DNA of 64,000 nucleotides from positions 78,953 to 142,952 of the forward strand of contig WREW01000002.1 in assembly GCA_009779135.1 (NCBI GenBank). The letters are read 5' to 3'. The translations under genes were made by a program, and so were the position numbers. This document shows positions 19,984-30,517 of this stretch, one piece after another. Position 1 is the stretch's first letter, and every line of letters begins with the position of its first letter. The notes beneath the pieces were generated by a model, which was not told the DNA's origin, ran no database searches, and saw only the letters and a program-made list of their open reading frames with translations. Source of the stretch: Alphaproteobacteria bacterium. Lineage in GTDB: Bacteria; Pseudomonadota; Alphaproteobacteria; UBA9219.

Positions 19984-20164
19984 GCTGAACCTCGCTCAAA
20001 AATCGGGTTTTTAATGCTGGGGGTTAATTTAACGCCTTACAGGGCAAAAAGCAAAACTTCTTCTTGTCAAAAGCAAAGTTTTTGCCTGATGGTGGGAAGA
20101 ATATCGCAGTTTTTTCATGACAAAGGCTTGTCTTTTCCTCGGTTTTCTGGTCTTTGTCTTGGTC

Positions 20165-21967
20165 ATGAACGATCTTGAAAACATACGCAACTTTGCCATT
20201 ATTGCGCATATCGACCACGGCAAGTCCACCTTGGCCGACAGGCTTATTCAGGCCTGCGGCGGGCTTGAGGCGCGGGAGATGCGCGATCAGATCCTCGATA
20301 ATATGGATATTGAGCGCGAGCGCGGCATCACCATCAAATCGCAGACGGTGCGTCTTCACTACACGGCCAAAAACGGTCAGACCTATCAGCTGAACCTGAT
20401 GGACACGCCCGGGCATGTCGATTTTTCTTATGAAGTCAGCCGCTCGCTTGCGGCGTGCGAGGGATCTATTTTGATCGTGGATGCCTCGCAGGGGGTTGAG
20501 GCACAGACTCTGGCCAATGTCTATCAGGCGCTTGAGAATGACCATGAGATTATTCCTGTCCTCAACAAAATCGATCTTCCTGCGGCTGAACCTGATCGCG
20601 TCAAGCGCCAGATCGAAGATGTGATCGGCCTTGACACGTCTGAGGCTGTTTTGATCTCGGCCAAAACAGGTCTTGGTATTGAGGATGTTCTTGAAGCGAT
20701 TGTTCATCGTCTGCCGCCGCCCAAGGGCGTTGAACCCACGCCACTTAAAGCTTTGCTGGTGGATAGCTGGTATGATTCTTATCTGGGTGTTGTGATTTTG
20801 GTGCGCGTTGTCGATGGGCGTTTGCGCAAAGGACAAAAAATCCGCTTTATGGCCACAGGGGCTATGCGCGAGATTGACCGCGTTGGTATTTTTACGCCTA
20901 AAAAAGTTGAAATTGAATCGCTCGGCCCGGGCGAGGTTGGCTTTATCACCGCTGGAATCAAACAAATCAGCGACACCAAAGTCGGCGATACGATTACGGA
21001 AGAAAAACGCCCTGCCGCGCAGGCTTTGGCTGGATTTAAGCCTTCCATTCCTGTTGTGTTTTGCGGTTTGTTTCCTGTCGATGCGGCGGATTTTGAGCAT
21101 CTTAAAGACTCGCTCGGCAAGCTTGCCTTGAATGATGCGAGTTTTCAATTTGAGGCGGAAAGTTCGGTGGCGCTGGGCTTTGGTTTTCGCTGCGGATTTT
21201 TGGGGCTTCTTCATCTTGAGATTATTCAGGAGAGGCTTGAGCGGGAGTTTAACCTCAACCTCATCACAACGGCGCCTTCGGTGATTTATCATGTTTATAA
21301 GACAGACGGCAGCGTGATCCATCTTCACAATCCCGTGGATATGCCTGATCCGGTGCGCATCGACCATATTGAAGAGCCTTGGATTAAGGCTACTATTATG
21401 ACTCCTGATGAATATCTCGGCAGTATTTTGACTCTGTGCAATGAGCGGCGCGGCGAGCAGATTGAGCTTACTTATGTCGGCGCGCGTGCGATGGCTGTTT
21501 ACAGACTTCCTTTGAATGAAGTTGTGTTTGATTTTTATGATCGGTTGAAGTCTATCTCGCGCGGCTATGCAAGTTTTGATTATGTTCTGGATTCCTACCG
21601 CGAGGGCGATCTTGTTTTGATGAATATTCTCGTCAATGCCGAGGCCGTGGATGCTCTGGCGTGCGTGGTCAATCGCGGCAGCGCTGAAAAGCGCGGGCGT
21701 ATGCTGTGCGAGCGGCTTAAAAGTCTTATTCCACGGCAGCTGTTCAAAATCGCCATTCAGGCCGCCATCGGCGGGCGCGTGATTGCGCGCGAAACCATCT
21801 CAGCCCTGCGCAAGGATGTTACGGCCAAATGTTATGGCGGCGACATTTCGCGCAAACGCAAGCTTCTTGATAAGCAAAAAGAAGGCAAGAAGCGCATGCG
21901 CCAATTCGGGCAGGTGGAGATTCCCCAGTCCGCTTTTATTGCGGCGTTGAAAATGGATGATCGTTAG
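20165..21967 (+). CDS. lepA: elongation factor 4
   Basis: [17 protein letters not shown]-domain; full LepA length; C-terminal LepA-specific domain. Confidence 0.95.
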   Translation: MNDLENIRNFAIIAHIDHGKSTLADRLIQACGGLEAREMRDQILDNMDIERERGITIKSQTVRLHYTAKNGQTYQLNLMDTPGHVDFSYEVSRSLAACEGSILIVDASQGVEAQTLANVYQALENDHEIIPVLNKIDLPAAEPDRVKRQIEDVIGLDTSEAVLISAKTGLGIEDVLEAIVHRLPPPKGVEPTPLKALLVDSWYDSYLGVVILVRVVDGRLRKGQKIRFMATGAMREIDRVGIFTPKKVEIESLGPGEVGFITAGIKQISDTKVGDTITEEKRPAAQALAGFKPSIPVVFCGLFPVDAADFEHLKDSLGKLALNDASFQFEAESSVALGFGFRCGFLGLLHLEIIQERLEREFNLNLITTAPSVIYHVYKTDGSVIHLHNPVDMPDPVRIDHIEEPWIKATIMTPDEYLGSILTLCNERRGEQIELTYVGARAMAVYRLPLNEVVFDFYDRLKSISRGYASFDYVLDSYREGDLVLMNILVNAEAVDALACVVNRGSAEKRGRMLCERLKSLIPRQLFKIAIQAAIGGRVIARETISALRKDVTAKCYGGDISRKRKLLDKQKEGKKRMRQFGQVEIPQSAFIAALKMDDR

Positions 21968-21977
21968 GATTCTGATG

Positions 21978-22124
21978 CTGCCGAGATTGCCGCGTCAGTC
22001 CGCCTGCGGCGGCTTTCCTGCCAATGACAGTTTTTTCTTGTCATTGCGAGGAAGGCCGTAAGGCCTGACGCGGCAATCTCTGTATTGATGTTGCGGGAAT
22101 TACTTCGTTCCTCACAATGACAAG
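21978..22124. repeat. family-1 repeat, rearranged/composite copy 3
   Basis: partial inverted half (gagattgccgcgtcag ... ccaatgacag) followed by a full gtcattgcgagg...cctcacaatgacaag unit. Confidence 0.65.
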
Positions 22125-22244
22125 AGAGGAGGGCGAGTTATTGCGGCGCGGGATGGGTTATATATTGAAACTATTAATATGGTTAATCTTATTGACATGT
22201 TCGGGCAAAAAGGCAAAATGGGCGGGGAAAGGGGGATTCCTTAG

Positions 22245-22559
22245 ATGTCAAAAGTAACGTTATCAGCAAAAGAATACAAAGAAGCTTGCTTTCACATAGT
22301 TGCTATCTCTGCGTATGTGACAATATTAAAACATGGATTTGGTGTGCAGGTACCGGAAGCCCTCAATTCTGTCGCTGTTTGGGGCGGGGCTGTTGCTCTG
22401 GGCGCAGGAATTATTGCGGAAATTATACACCAAAATCAGCGCAAAAAGGAAGAGGCCACACCGAAACCGCCCAGACTAACTTTTAAGCAACTAGCTTATG
22501 ATGAGGAACGAAAGAATAGAGGGCTTCCCCCCATTCAGCGTTCTAACAGAAGCCCGTAA
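22245..22559 (+). CDS. small membrane protein (paralog of 63455..63739)
   Basis: 104 aa, 2 TM; ~70-bp upstream region identical to that of 63455..63739. Confidence 0.5.
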   Translation: MSKVTLSAKEYKEACFHIVAISAYVTILKHGFGVQVPEALNSVAVWGGAVALGAGIIAEIIHQNQRKKEEATPKPPRLTFKQLAYDEERKNRGLPPIQRSNRSP

Positions 22560-22560
22560 A

Positions 22561-23247
22561 TCATCCGTTTTTAGGCGTTTTGGGTTTGTCTTTTTTGCTC
22601 TGATCTTTTTCTCGTTTTGGCGTTGATGATGTTTCTTCTTTCAAATTGCTTGCGCTTAGTTCTTGCCATACCGTTTTCAAAGTCTTTTTCCATGGGTCAC
22701 GAAAATTATAAGCCGTACATGTTGCAAAGGTACCCCCAGCCGCAATAAAAGGAAGTTCCTTATTTGCAGGGAACATCTTCACACATAAGCTAAAAACCGC
22801 TGTAGCAGGAAGCATGCAGTAATGCCAGAGTTTGAAAAGAGAAAACTTTTTCTTTTTCTCTTCTTGCTCAAGCTTTTCTATGTCTTGTGTCAACATATTT
22901 CCTAAAGTTTGAAAACCAACTGTCAGGGCTTTAAGGCTTACTTTATGTTCTGGAAGCTTTCTATATAAAACAGAATAATGCCAAGCAGGATTCTTCAAAA
23001 GCCGATTCCAATTTTTATATAGTTGAAAGTTGCGTTGTATTTCTCTGAAAGAGTCATCACGAAGTGTTTTTGCTTCATCGGCTGTATGGGTTTTTTGAAG
23101 AAAATTGTGAATCTCTTCTTTTGCCTTCCACAGGGAATGCTCTTTCTTCTTCAGCACAAGGGGGATTGCTTTATCATGAAGCCGCATAAGCTTTTTATGA
23201 TAAGCAAGACGCTGTTTGAAATGGCGAAAGGGTAAGGTGGTATTCAT
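22561..23247 (-). CDS. hypothetical basic membrane protein (paralog of the partial ORF at 63785..64000)
   Basis: 228 aa; AT-rich; Lys-rich; C-terminal TM segment; tail ...KTPKNG. Confidence 0.5.
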   Translation of the reverse strand: MNTTLPFRHFKQRLAYHKKLMRLHDKAIPLVLKKKEHSLWKAKEEIHNFLQKTHTADEAKTLRDDSFREIQRNFQLYKNWNRLLKNPAWHYSVLYRKLPEHKVSLKALTVGFQTLGNMLTQDIEKLEQEEKKKKFSLFKLWHYCMLPATAVFSLCVKMFPANKELPFIAAGGTFATCTAYNFRDPWKKTLKTVWQELSASNLKEETSSTPKREKDQSKKDKPKTPKNG

Positions 23248-23343
23248 GGGCTTATTGTACTCCCTTAATGTAAATATTTGATTACTTACAATGGTTTCAT
23301 GCTTAAATGTTGTTGTATTTCACTGGGTTAGGTTGGGCCTGGC

Positions 23344-24912
23344 CTAGATATGCACGCCCATGGGGGGGGCGGGTTCTTGCCAGTTTAGCCAGTTTTGGCG
23401 GCCTTTTTGAAAAATCAAAACGCCTGTCAGGCCGAGGGCTTTGAGCATGTCGGTTGTGACCGCTTGAAGTTCCTGAACCAGATCATCGGGAAGGGGGTTT
23501 TCGCTGCGCAGGACGAGATCTAGTTTTTTTGTTTGTGAGAGGCCGTCGAGTTGTAGCGCGCCCAGATGTGACAGGTTCATGGTGACGACAAAACGTGTTC
23601 TTACGATTTTTCCTTTTTCATTGTCGTGGTGGCTGTCTTGTCTTACGCATAGTTCCAAAAGCTCGTAATGGCCTTCGTGCCAGAGGGGGACGGGGTAGGC
23701 CTGCCATTCGCCTACGCGCCCGTCAAATCGCGTGACGCCGCGCAGGCTTTCAAAAGAGTCTATCAAAGTTTTACGAATCTGCATCTGGCCGCTTTCCTGA
23801 AGCTGGCGCATCACGGGCGGGCCGAGCCAGTCATCCAGATTGCCGCCTTTAAGCGCCGCAAGCAGAAAAAGAAGCGTACCCGCAAGACGGGCTTGCGGCG
23901 CGGGAATGTGCGTTTGCGTGAAAGTCGATGTTGCCGGCGCCAGCGTTTGCGTTAACTGCTCCAGCGTTTCCAAAAGCGGGTGTCTTTGGCGCGGCTGCGC
24001 GGTCGGAAACAAGGTGGGTTGTAAAACAGGTTCTTCATCAGGCACAAAACTGCCGACAATTTTTGTGCCGACAGGCAGGTTGCTGTCGGTTTTGGCGACA
24101 AAGAACTTTCCGTCCGATTTAATCAAAGGCTGCTGATCGGGACTGCGCGCTACAATCATGGCGCGGACATGCGTGGAGCTTGTCACGCGCGGCCAGTCTT
24201 CCTGAGGTTTGAGAATCTTGATGATGTGAAACCGCATGGGCGGTTCTTGCACCGGCAAAGGTGGTTTCTCAGCTTGTTTGGCTGGGGCGGCTGTAAGTTT
24301 GTTGTCAAACAACTCGATCTTAACGCTCTGGCCTTCGCGTAAAATGCTTGGTTCGGATGAAGGGAGCGGCGTGGCGGGCGCAGGCGCGGAAGGCATGGGC
24401 GCTTGCGTTTGTGTTTGCGCCTGCGGCGAAAGTGAGATCCATGCTGAATCCGAAGCCTCCCAAGCGGAGGTCGGTGTGTTGATTGTGGTCGGGAAAGGCT
24501 GCGGCAACGGCTTTGCGTCCGGCTGCACGGCTTTGTCAGGGGCGGGGATAAACAAGATTGATTTTTGCGGCGCGTGTCCTTCCTGAATAAGAACCTCGAT
24601 AAGGGGGCCTGTGTTTTTTTGGGTTGTAAAAAGAGTCTCCAAGGCCTGCAAGGCTTCTTCCTGCGCCTGCACCGCCACAAACTTGAGCGTGCCGAGCGCC
24701 GTGCGCATCAAAAGCATATCGCGGGAAAGAAGATCAATCAGACGACCGCTTACCGACAAAGAGCGCGACAATGTCACAAGATTGTCAGGCGCGTCTATCA
24801 GCAAAGCGGGGATCGTATAAGGGGCGGACGCGCGGGAAGGGGATGATATTTGTATTGTGCGCTGCACGTCTCTTAAAATATCGGGCTGCCCTGTGGTTGC
24901 GCTGTCTTTCAT
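23344..24912 (-). CDS. proline/glutamine-rich flagellar protein, FliK-like (hook-length control)
   Basis: last gene of the flagellar class II cluster; P/Q/T-rich central region; C-terminal region resembles the Flg_hook domain (LSHLGALQLDGL...LDLVLRSENP...LQELQ). Confidence 0.4.
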   Translation of the reverse strand: MKDSATTGQPDILRDVQRTIQISSPSRASAPYTIPALLIDAPDNLVTLSRSLSVSGRLIDLLSRDMLLMRTALGTLKFVAVQAQEEALQALETLFTTQKNTGPLIEVLIQEGHAPQKSILFIPAPDKAVQPDAKPLPQPFPTTINTPTSAWEASDSAWISLSPQAQTQTQAPMPSAPAPATPLPSSEPSILREGQSVKIELFDNKLTAAPAKQAEKPPLPVQEPPMRFHIIKILKPQEDWPRVTSSTHVRAMIVARSPDQQPLIKSDGKFFVAKTDSNLPVGTKIVGSFVPDEEPVLQPTLFPTAQPRQRHPLLETLEQLTQTLAPATSTFTQTHIPAPQARLAGTLLFLLAALKGGNLDDWLGPPVMRQLQESGQMQIRKTLIDSFESLRGVTRFDGRVGEWQAYPVPLWHEGHYELLELCVRQDSHHDNEKGKIVRTRFVVTMNLSHLGALQLDGLSQTKKLDLVLRSENPLPDDLVQELQAVTTDMLKALGLTGVLIFQKGRQNWLNWQEPAPPMGVHI

Positions 24913-24919
24913 CGTCAGA

Positions 24920-25690
24920 TTATTCCAAAAAGGTCTGCGCCATTTGCGTGATGTCAAGGGACGCCTGCGCACTGGGAAAACGTGTTAAAAGCGAGGTTTG
25001 CGCGCGGATTGTTTCGCGTACATAGCGGTCTCTGTGGATAATGCCGCCCAGTTTCGGCGTGTAACCGAGAAAGGTTTCGCAGACTTTTTTCAAAGTCTCG
25101 TAAGTTTTGGAGCCTTCCATCAGAGACGTTGCCATATTCACCACAATGCGTAAATCCGCTTTGGGATTGCCGGCCAGCATCAGTTTGATAAAAGCATAAG
25201 AGTCCGTTAGCGCCGTCGGTTCATCCGTCACAACGACAAAGGTTGCTTTGGCCGCACCGGCCATCTGGCGCGTGGCTTTTTCAACGCCTGCGCCGAGATC
25301 GACAAACACATAATCATAACGCGGCGCGATCCCAAGCAGGCTGCTGCGCATATTCACAAGCTTGTCCGTCGGAAGACTCGCAAGATTACCCGAGCCTGAG
25401 CGTCCGGCGACAATGTCAAAAGCGCCTTTGGCGTAGGGGACAATGATTTCCTCAATTTTAAGATTGCCTTCTGTAAAATGCGCAAGATCTTTTTCAGGCG
25501 TCAGCCCAAGTTGAATATCCACATTGGCAAGACCGAAATCGCCGTCAAACAGAAGAACTCTTTTACCAAGCTGCGCCAGAGCATGGCAAAAGGTGATCGA
25601 AAACCACGTTTTTCCAACGCCGCCTTTGCCCGAAGCCACAGCGTAGAGGTTCTGGCTCTGCAAAGCGGGGGGGGCAACGGGATCGATCAT
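24920..25690 (-). CDS. fleN: flagellar number regulator, MinD-like ATPase FleN/FlhG
   Basis: deviant Walker A AVASGKGGVGKTW; ParA/MinD fold; located after flhF. Confidence 0.8.
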   Translation of the reverse strand: MIDPVAPPALQSQNLYAVASGKGGVGKTWFSITFCHALAQLGKRVLLFDGDFGLANVDIQLGLTPEKDLAHFTEGNLKIEEIIVPYAKGAFDIVAGRSGSGNLASLPTDKLVNMRSSLLGIAPRYDYVFVDLGAGVEKATRQMAGAAKATFVVVTDEPTALTDSYAFIKLMLAGNPKADLRIVVNMATSLMEGSKTYETLKKVCETFLGYTPKLGGIIHRDRYVRETIRAQTSLLTRFPSAQASLDITQMAQTFLE

Positions 25691-25702
25691 GATATACTCC
25701 TT

Positions 25703-26653
25703 CTACGCGCTTTTTTTGGATGGTAAAATCAAACGCGCCAAAGACACAGGGTTCAGCGCTTCCAAAGCCTGACTGGCTTTTGTCGAGGCGCTGAAATTAC
25801 ATAAAGGCAGTTTCGTTTCATAAGCCACGCGCAAAAGACCGCCCAGACGCTGCGTGATGTCAAGGCGCGTGGGCAACAGACAGGACGCGCCCAAAGCGAC
25901 AAAGGCGCGCGCGGTATCCACGGCCTCAGAACTTTCCAGATTGGCGGGCAGCACAAGAACGGCCAAAGATTTTGACGCCTTGATGATGGCTTTAAGTTCC
26001 GAGGCTTCTTTTTCATCCAAGGGATTACATCCTGCCGTATCAACAATCACATAAGTTTGCGATTTTTGCATCAAAACAGCTGTTTCAAGCGCACCTGTAT
26101 CTTCAATTTCAAGAATGTTTGTCTGCAAAACGCGCGCATAGGCATCAAGCTGCGCCATGGCGCCGGCGCGCTGCGTATCCGTGCTTATCAGTTGCACGGC
26201 TTGCGTGGCCATAATGGCTTTAGTTGCCATCTTGGCTGCGCATAATGTTTTGCCTGCACCTGCGGGGCCTACAAGAATAATATGCACCGGTGGCTGGTCG
26301 GGCAGAGGATGAAACTTAAAATGCGTATCAAGCGCCGCGCCCAAGGAAAGAAAAGGATCATCGCTGGCATATTGCGTGGCTGCTGCCAAAAGCTTTTCTG
26401 ACAAAATACTGGCAAGGCCATGACCCACCAAAGCCTGCGCGATCACATCAAGCGCGCCCGGGCCGCTATTGTCCTGCAGAACTTTTGTCAGCGGTCTTGT
26501 CACGGAAGGATCATCAATCGCTGCCGTGACGCGCACGCCGCCGCCTTCTTCGTTATCATGCGTGGCTATGATGATGGCATCATCGCCCAGCGCCTGGCGA
26601 ACCTTCTGCATCGCTTCTGTCGCGTTGGTGGCGTAAAAGGATTTCAAGCGCAT
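25703..26653 (-). CDS. flhF: flagellar biosynthesis GTPase FlhF (short form)
   Basis: SRP-type GTPase motifs GPAGAGKT and DTAG; follows flhA. Confidence 0.75.
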   Translation of the reverse strand: MRLKSFYATNATEAMQKVRQALGDDAIIIATHDNEEGGGVRVTAAIDDPSVTRPLTKVLQDNSGPGALDVIAQALVGHGLASILSEKLLAAATQYASDDPFLSLGAALDTHFKFHPLPDQPPVHIILVGPAGAGKTLCAAKMATKAIMATQAVQLISTDTQRAGAMAQLDAYARVLQTNILEIEDTGALETAVLMQKSQTYVIVDTAGCNPLDEKEASELKAIIKASKSLAVLVLPANLESSEAVDTARAFVALGASCLLPTRLDITQRLGGLLRVAYETKLPLCNFSASTKASQALEALNPVSLARLILPSKKSA

Positions 26654-26654
26654 C

Positions 26655-28760
26655 TTAGATCTGCCCCATCGTTTTGATCTTGGCTTTCACATAAATCTCA
26701 TTCTGCGACAAGACGACTGTTGAAGACCTGAAACGCTCTACAATTGAGCGCACAAAAGGCCGGATCGCCGGACTTGTCAAAAGAACCGGAAGCTCCTGAC
26801 TTGCCGCCTGTTCATCATAGGACTTTTTCACAGACTGGATAAACTGATGCAGCTTTGTCGGCGGCATGGCCAGATGACGTTCTTCACCTTCACCGACCAG
26901 CGATTCCAAAAAGGCCTGCTCCCAGTCCGGTGAAAGAGTCAGGAGGGGAATATAGCCCATCTCATTCACATTCGCACTGGAAATCTGCCGCGCTAGGCGT
27001 GAACGGACATGCTCGGTAATCAGCGTTAAGTTGCGCGTGACGCCTGCCGCTTCGGCGATTCCTTCCAAAATCGAGGGAAGATCGCGGATGGATACGCGCT
27101 CGGACAAAAGATTTTGCAGGACTCTCTGCAGACCATTGAGTGTAATCTGGCTTGGAATAACGTCTGCCACAAGCTTTTGCTGGTCGCTTCCCATCTCATC
27201 AAGAAGTTTCTGCGTTTCAGAAAATGACAACAGCTCGGACATGTTGTCTTTAACAAGCTCGGTCAAATGCGTGGTAATCACGGTCGGCGGGTCAACAACC
27301 GTGTAGCCTTTGAAAAGAGCTTCCTCACGATAAGCGGCATCAACCCACATGGCCGGCAGGCCAAAGGTCGGCTCATGCGTGTTTTCGCCCGGCAGCGCTA
27401 TGGTGCCGCCGCGCGGATCCATAACCAAAAGCATGCCCGGGCGCAGCTCACCCCGTCCGGCTTCAATTTCCTTGATGCGGATGACATAGGTGTTGGCTGG
27501 AAGCTGCAGATTATCCTGTATGCGCACAGCCGGCATGATAAAGCCCATATCCGAGGCCAGCTGGCGGCGCAATCCTTTGATCTGGTCGGTCAGGCGCTGG
27601 CCTGCTTCGCTGTTGATAATCGGCAAAAGCGCATAGCCCAGCTCCAGCCGGACAAGGTCGATGGACAGAGCGCGCCCGATAGGATCTTCGGCGACAGGCG
27701 GGGGCTTGGCAGCTTGCTGCTGCGCCATGACCCGCGCCTGTTCATTGACTTTGACGGTCTGCAAGGTGGCGTAGGCGGTAAAGCCGGTTATGCCGCTCAA
27801 CACCGCAAAGGGCAAGAACGGCATGCCCGGGACAAGCGCCAAAATCGCCATCAAGGCCGAAGTCATTCCCAAAGCCGCCGGATAGCCGCCCAGCTGTTTA
27901 AAGAGCGCCTTGTCCGTTGTGCCCACGGAAGAGGATTTGGAAACCAAAAGCCCCGCCGCCACCGACACCAGCAAGGCCGGAACCTGCGTGACAAGACCGT
28001 CACCCACCGTCAGGCGCATATAGCTGTCTGCCGCATCCATAATCGTCATGCCGTGGCGGAAAGAGCCGATGATAATCCCGCCTATGGCGTTCACAAAAGT
28101 AATCACGATGCCCGCAATCGCATCGCCGCGCACAAACTTGGCCGCGCCGTCCATCGAGCCGAAAAAGCTTGATTCATTTTCAAGCTCTTTGCGCCGCCGC
28201 CGCGCTTCATCTTCATCAATCAAGCCCGAGGACAGATCCGCGTCAATCGCCATTTGCTTGCCCGGCATAGCATCCAATGTGAAACGCGCCGCCACCTCGG
28301 CAATGCGTACCGCGCCTTTTGTAATCACGACAAAATTCACGACCGTCAAAATGGCAAAGATGATAATACCGATGATAAAATCGCCGCCCATCACAAGGCT
28401 TGCAAAAGATTCGACAACATGGCCCGCTGCTGCGGTGCCTTCGTGGCCGTGGCTTAGCACAAGGCGCGTTGTGCCGAGGTTAAGCGATAGCCTCAGCAAC
28501 GTTGCCACCAAGAGCACGGTCGGAAAAGCGCTGAAATCAAGAGGCTTGGCGATAAACAAAACCGTCATCAGCACCATGACGGAAAAAGTGATCGAGACGG
28601 AAAGACCTATATCAATAAAAAACGGCGGCACCGGCAAAATCAACGCCGCCAAAACAATAATCAAGCCGCCCGCAAACCATATTTCACCGCGCCGGAACAA
28701 CCGGTTTAAAGTGTCAGCCGGCGCGGCAGCGGCGGCGGCGGTGGTTTGCGTTTCGGCCAT
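26655..28760 (-). CDS. flhA: flagellar export apparatus protein FlhA
   Basis: 701 aa; 8-TM N-terminal domain and cytoplasmic FlhA_C domain. Confidence 0.95.
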   Translation of the reverse strand: MAETQTTAAAAAAPADTLNRLFRRGEIWFAGGLIIVLAALILPVPPFFIDIGLSVSITFSVMVLMTVLFIAKPLDFSAFPTVLLVATLLRLSLNLGTTRLVLSHGHEGTAAAGHVVESFASLVMGGDFIIGIIIFAILTVVNFVVITKGAVRIAEVAARFTLDAMPGKQMAIDADLSSGLIDEDEARRRRKELENESSFFGSMDGAAKFVRGDAIAGIVITFVNAIGGIIIGSFRHGMTIMDAADSYMRLTVGDGLVTQVPALLVSVAAGLLVSKSSSVGTTDKALFKQLGGYPAALGMTSALMAILALVPGMPFLPFAVLSGITGFTAYATLQTVKVNEQARVMAQQQAAKPPPVAEDPIGRALSIDLVRLELGYALLPIINSEAGQRLTDQIKGLRRQLASDMGFIMPAVRIQDNLQLPANTYVIRIKEIEAGRGELRPGMLLVMDPRGGTIALPGENTHEPTFGLPAMWVDAAYREEALFKGYTVVDPPTVITTHLTELVKDNMSELLSFSETQKLLDEMGSDQQKLVADVIPSQITLNGLQRVLQNLLSERVSIRDLPSILEGIAEAAGVTRNLTLITEHVRSRLARQISSANVNEMGYIPLLTLSPDWEQAFLESLVGEGEERHLAMPPTKLHQFIQSVKKSYDEQAASQELPVLLTSPAIRPFVRSIVERFRSSTVVLSQNEIYVKAKIKTMGQI

Positions 28761-28766
28761 CGTTCT

Positions 28767-30161
28767 TTACTGTGTCCTGTGTTCAACTTCACCGGCAGGC
28801 GCGGGGATCAGAACGCCTGACTCACTGTACTGTTTGAGTTTGTTGCGCAAGGTGCGGATGGAGATTCCTAGGATATTGGCCGCATGCGTTCTGTTGCCAA
28901 GGCAATGCTGGAGCGTGTCGATGATAAGGTCGCGCTCGACATCCGCCACGGTGCGGCCTACAAGCGAAGAAGATCCATCCGGCACCGTCAAGGGCGGCGC
29001 AAGCTCACCGGCGCTGCTCATGGCGGCTTGGGCAGCCAGTGATGCGGGCGAGACGATCTCGGGCGCGCCGGTTAGGATAACGGCTTCAGGTTCGATCTTG
29101 TCCGCGCGCGCCATCAGCACGGCGCGGTGCATGGCGTTTTCAAGCTCACGCACATTGCCGCGCCATAGATGCGCCATCAGGCGCCCCATGGCATCATCGG
29201 AAAGAGCGCGGCGGGGAAGGTCGTTTACTTCCGCATATTTCTCGGCAAAATAAGAGGCCAGCGGTATAATATCCGCCGGACGGTCGCGCAGAGGCGGCAT
29301 GTTCAACGTGACGACATTCAAGCGGTAATAAAGATCTTCGCGGAAACGCTTGGCCGCCACTTCCGCCTCCAGATCGCGGTTTGAGGTGGCGATCAGGCGG
29401 ATGTCCACCTTGATAGGTGTTGATCCGCCGACGCGGTCGATTTCACGCTCCTGAATGGCGCGCAGCAATTTGGCTTGCAGACGCATGTCCATCTCGCTGA
29501 TCTCGTCCAAAAGAAGTGTACCGCCGTGGGCTTCTTCAAACTTGCCGATGCGGCGCGCCACCGCGCCGGTAAAGGCGCCTTTTTCATGACCGAAAAGTTC
29601 GGATTCAAGAAGATTTTCCGGTATCGCCGCGCAGTTGACGGACACAAGCTGGGCACCGCCGCGTTTGCTTTTGCGGTGAATAAAACGGGCCATGACTTCC
29701 TTGCCCGTTCCCGACTCGCCCGTGATAAGGATCGAGGCGTCACTGGCCGCCACGCGCTGCGCCATATCAAGAAGGGGCTTCATCACAGGATCATGCGCGA
29801 TAAAAGTCTGGTCTTCCTGCGCGACAGCCTGCAATACAGCCGCGATCAATTCAGAGTCGGGGGGAAGGGGAACATATTCTTTTGCGCCCGCGCGGATTGC
29901 CCTTACCGCCGCGCCTGCGTCCGTGCCGATGCCGCAGGCGACAACGGGGACATTGATACGTTCGGATTTCAAGCTTTCGATAAGGCGGCCAATTTCAAGT
30001 TCGACATCGCACATGATAAGATCCGCGCCGCGCCCTTCGCGCAAAGCATTCAGCGCGCCGTCAATGCTTTCTATATGCGCGACCTTAGCGCCGCGCAGCG
30101 CGGCGATCTGGCCGGCACTTGCAATATGTCCTTGGAGATAGCCTACAATTAAAAGTCTCAT
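28767..30161 (-). CDS. flbD: sigma-54-dependent flagellar transcriptional activator (FlbD/FleQ-like)
   Basis: receiver-like N-terminal domain; AAA+ GESGTGKE; GAFTGA sigma54-contact motif; C-terminal Fis-type HTH. Confidence 0.8.
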   Translation of the reverse strand: MRLLIVGYLQGHIASAGQIAALRGAKVAHIESIDGALNALREGRGADLIMCDVELEIGRLIESLKSERINVPVVACGIGTDAGAAVRAIRAGAKEYVPLPPDSELIAAVLQAVAQEDQTFIAHDPVMKPLLDMAQRVAASDASILITGESGTGKEVMARFIHRKSKRGGAQLVSVNCAAIPENLLESELFGHEKGAFTGAVARRIGKFEEAHGGTLLLDEISEMDMRLQAKLLRAIQEREIDRVGGSTPIKVDIRLIATSNRDLEAEVAAKRFREDLYYRLNVVTLNMPPLRDRPADIIPLASYFAEKYAEVNDLPRRALSDDAMGRLMAHLWRGNVRELENAMHRAVLMARADKIEPEAVILTGAPEIVSPASLAAQAAMSSAGELAPPLTVPDGSSSLVGRTVADVERDLIIDTLQHCLGNRTHAANILGISIRTLRNKLKQYSESGVLIPAPAGEVEHRTQ

Positions 30162-30193
30162 GGTTCTTTATCCTTTTTTGAAAAGATGGCCGT

Positions 30194-30517
30194 TCAAGTC
30201 CTTTCCGCTTTGATGATTTCCGTCATGGTGATGCCAAGACGGTCTTCAACAACCACCACTTCGCCGCGTGCGACAAGGCGGTTATTGACATAAATGTCGA
30301 TCGATTCACCGACCTTGCGGTCAAGCTCAATCACGGCACCGCGCCCAAGTTTTAAAAGGCTGCTCACCGGCATGGTGGCTTTACCGAGCACAGCCGTCAC
30401 ATCCACCGGCACGCCATAAAAAGCCTCAAGGTCGTTGATGGTGGGGTTTTCCGTTTCTTTTGTGCCTTCGTCGCTTGACTTATCAAGCTCCGAGAATGTT
30501 AAACTTTCATCGGCCAT
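30194..30517 (-). CDS. fliN: flagellar motor switch protein FliN
   Basis: 107 aa SpoA/FliN domain. Confidence 0.8.
   Translation of the reverse strand: MADESLTFSELDKSSDEGTKETENPTINDLEAFYGVPVDVTAVLGKATMPVSSLLKLGRGAVIELDRKVGESIDIYVNNRLVARGEVVVVEDRLGITMTEIIKAERT

Noticed and set aside
20024-21367. 447-aa ORF antisense to lepA
   Set aside because: It lies entirely inside a well-conserved gene on the opposite strand and is a GC-rich antisense artefact. The same applies to 3517..4200, 5294..5848, 12645..13250, 13312..14373, 27267..29253, 29475..30152, 31318..32337, 42593..43318, 48275..50653, 55450..56553 and 57612..58715.
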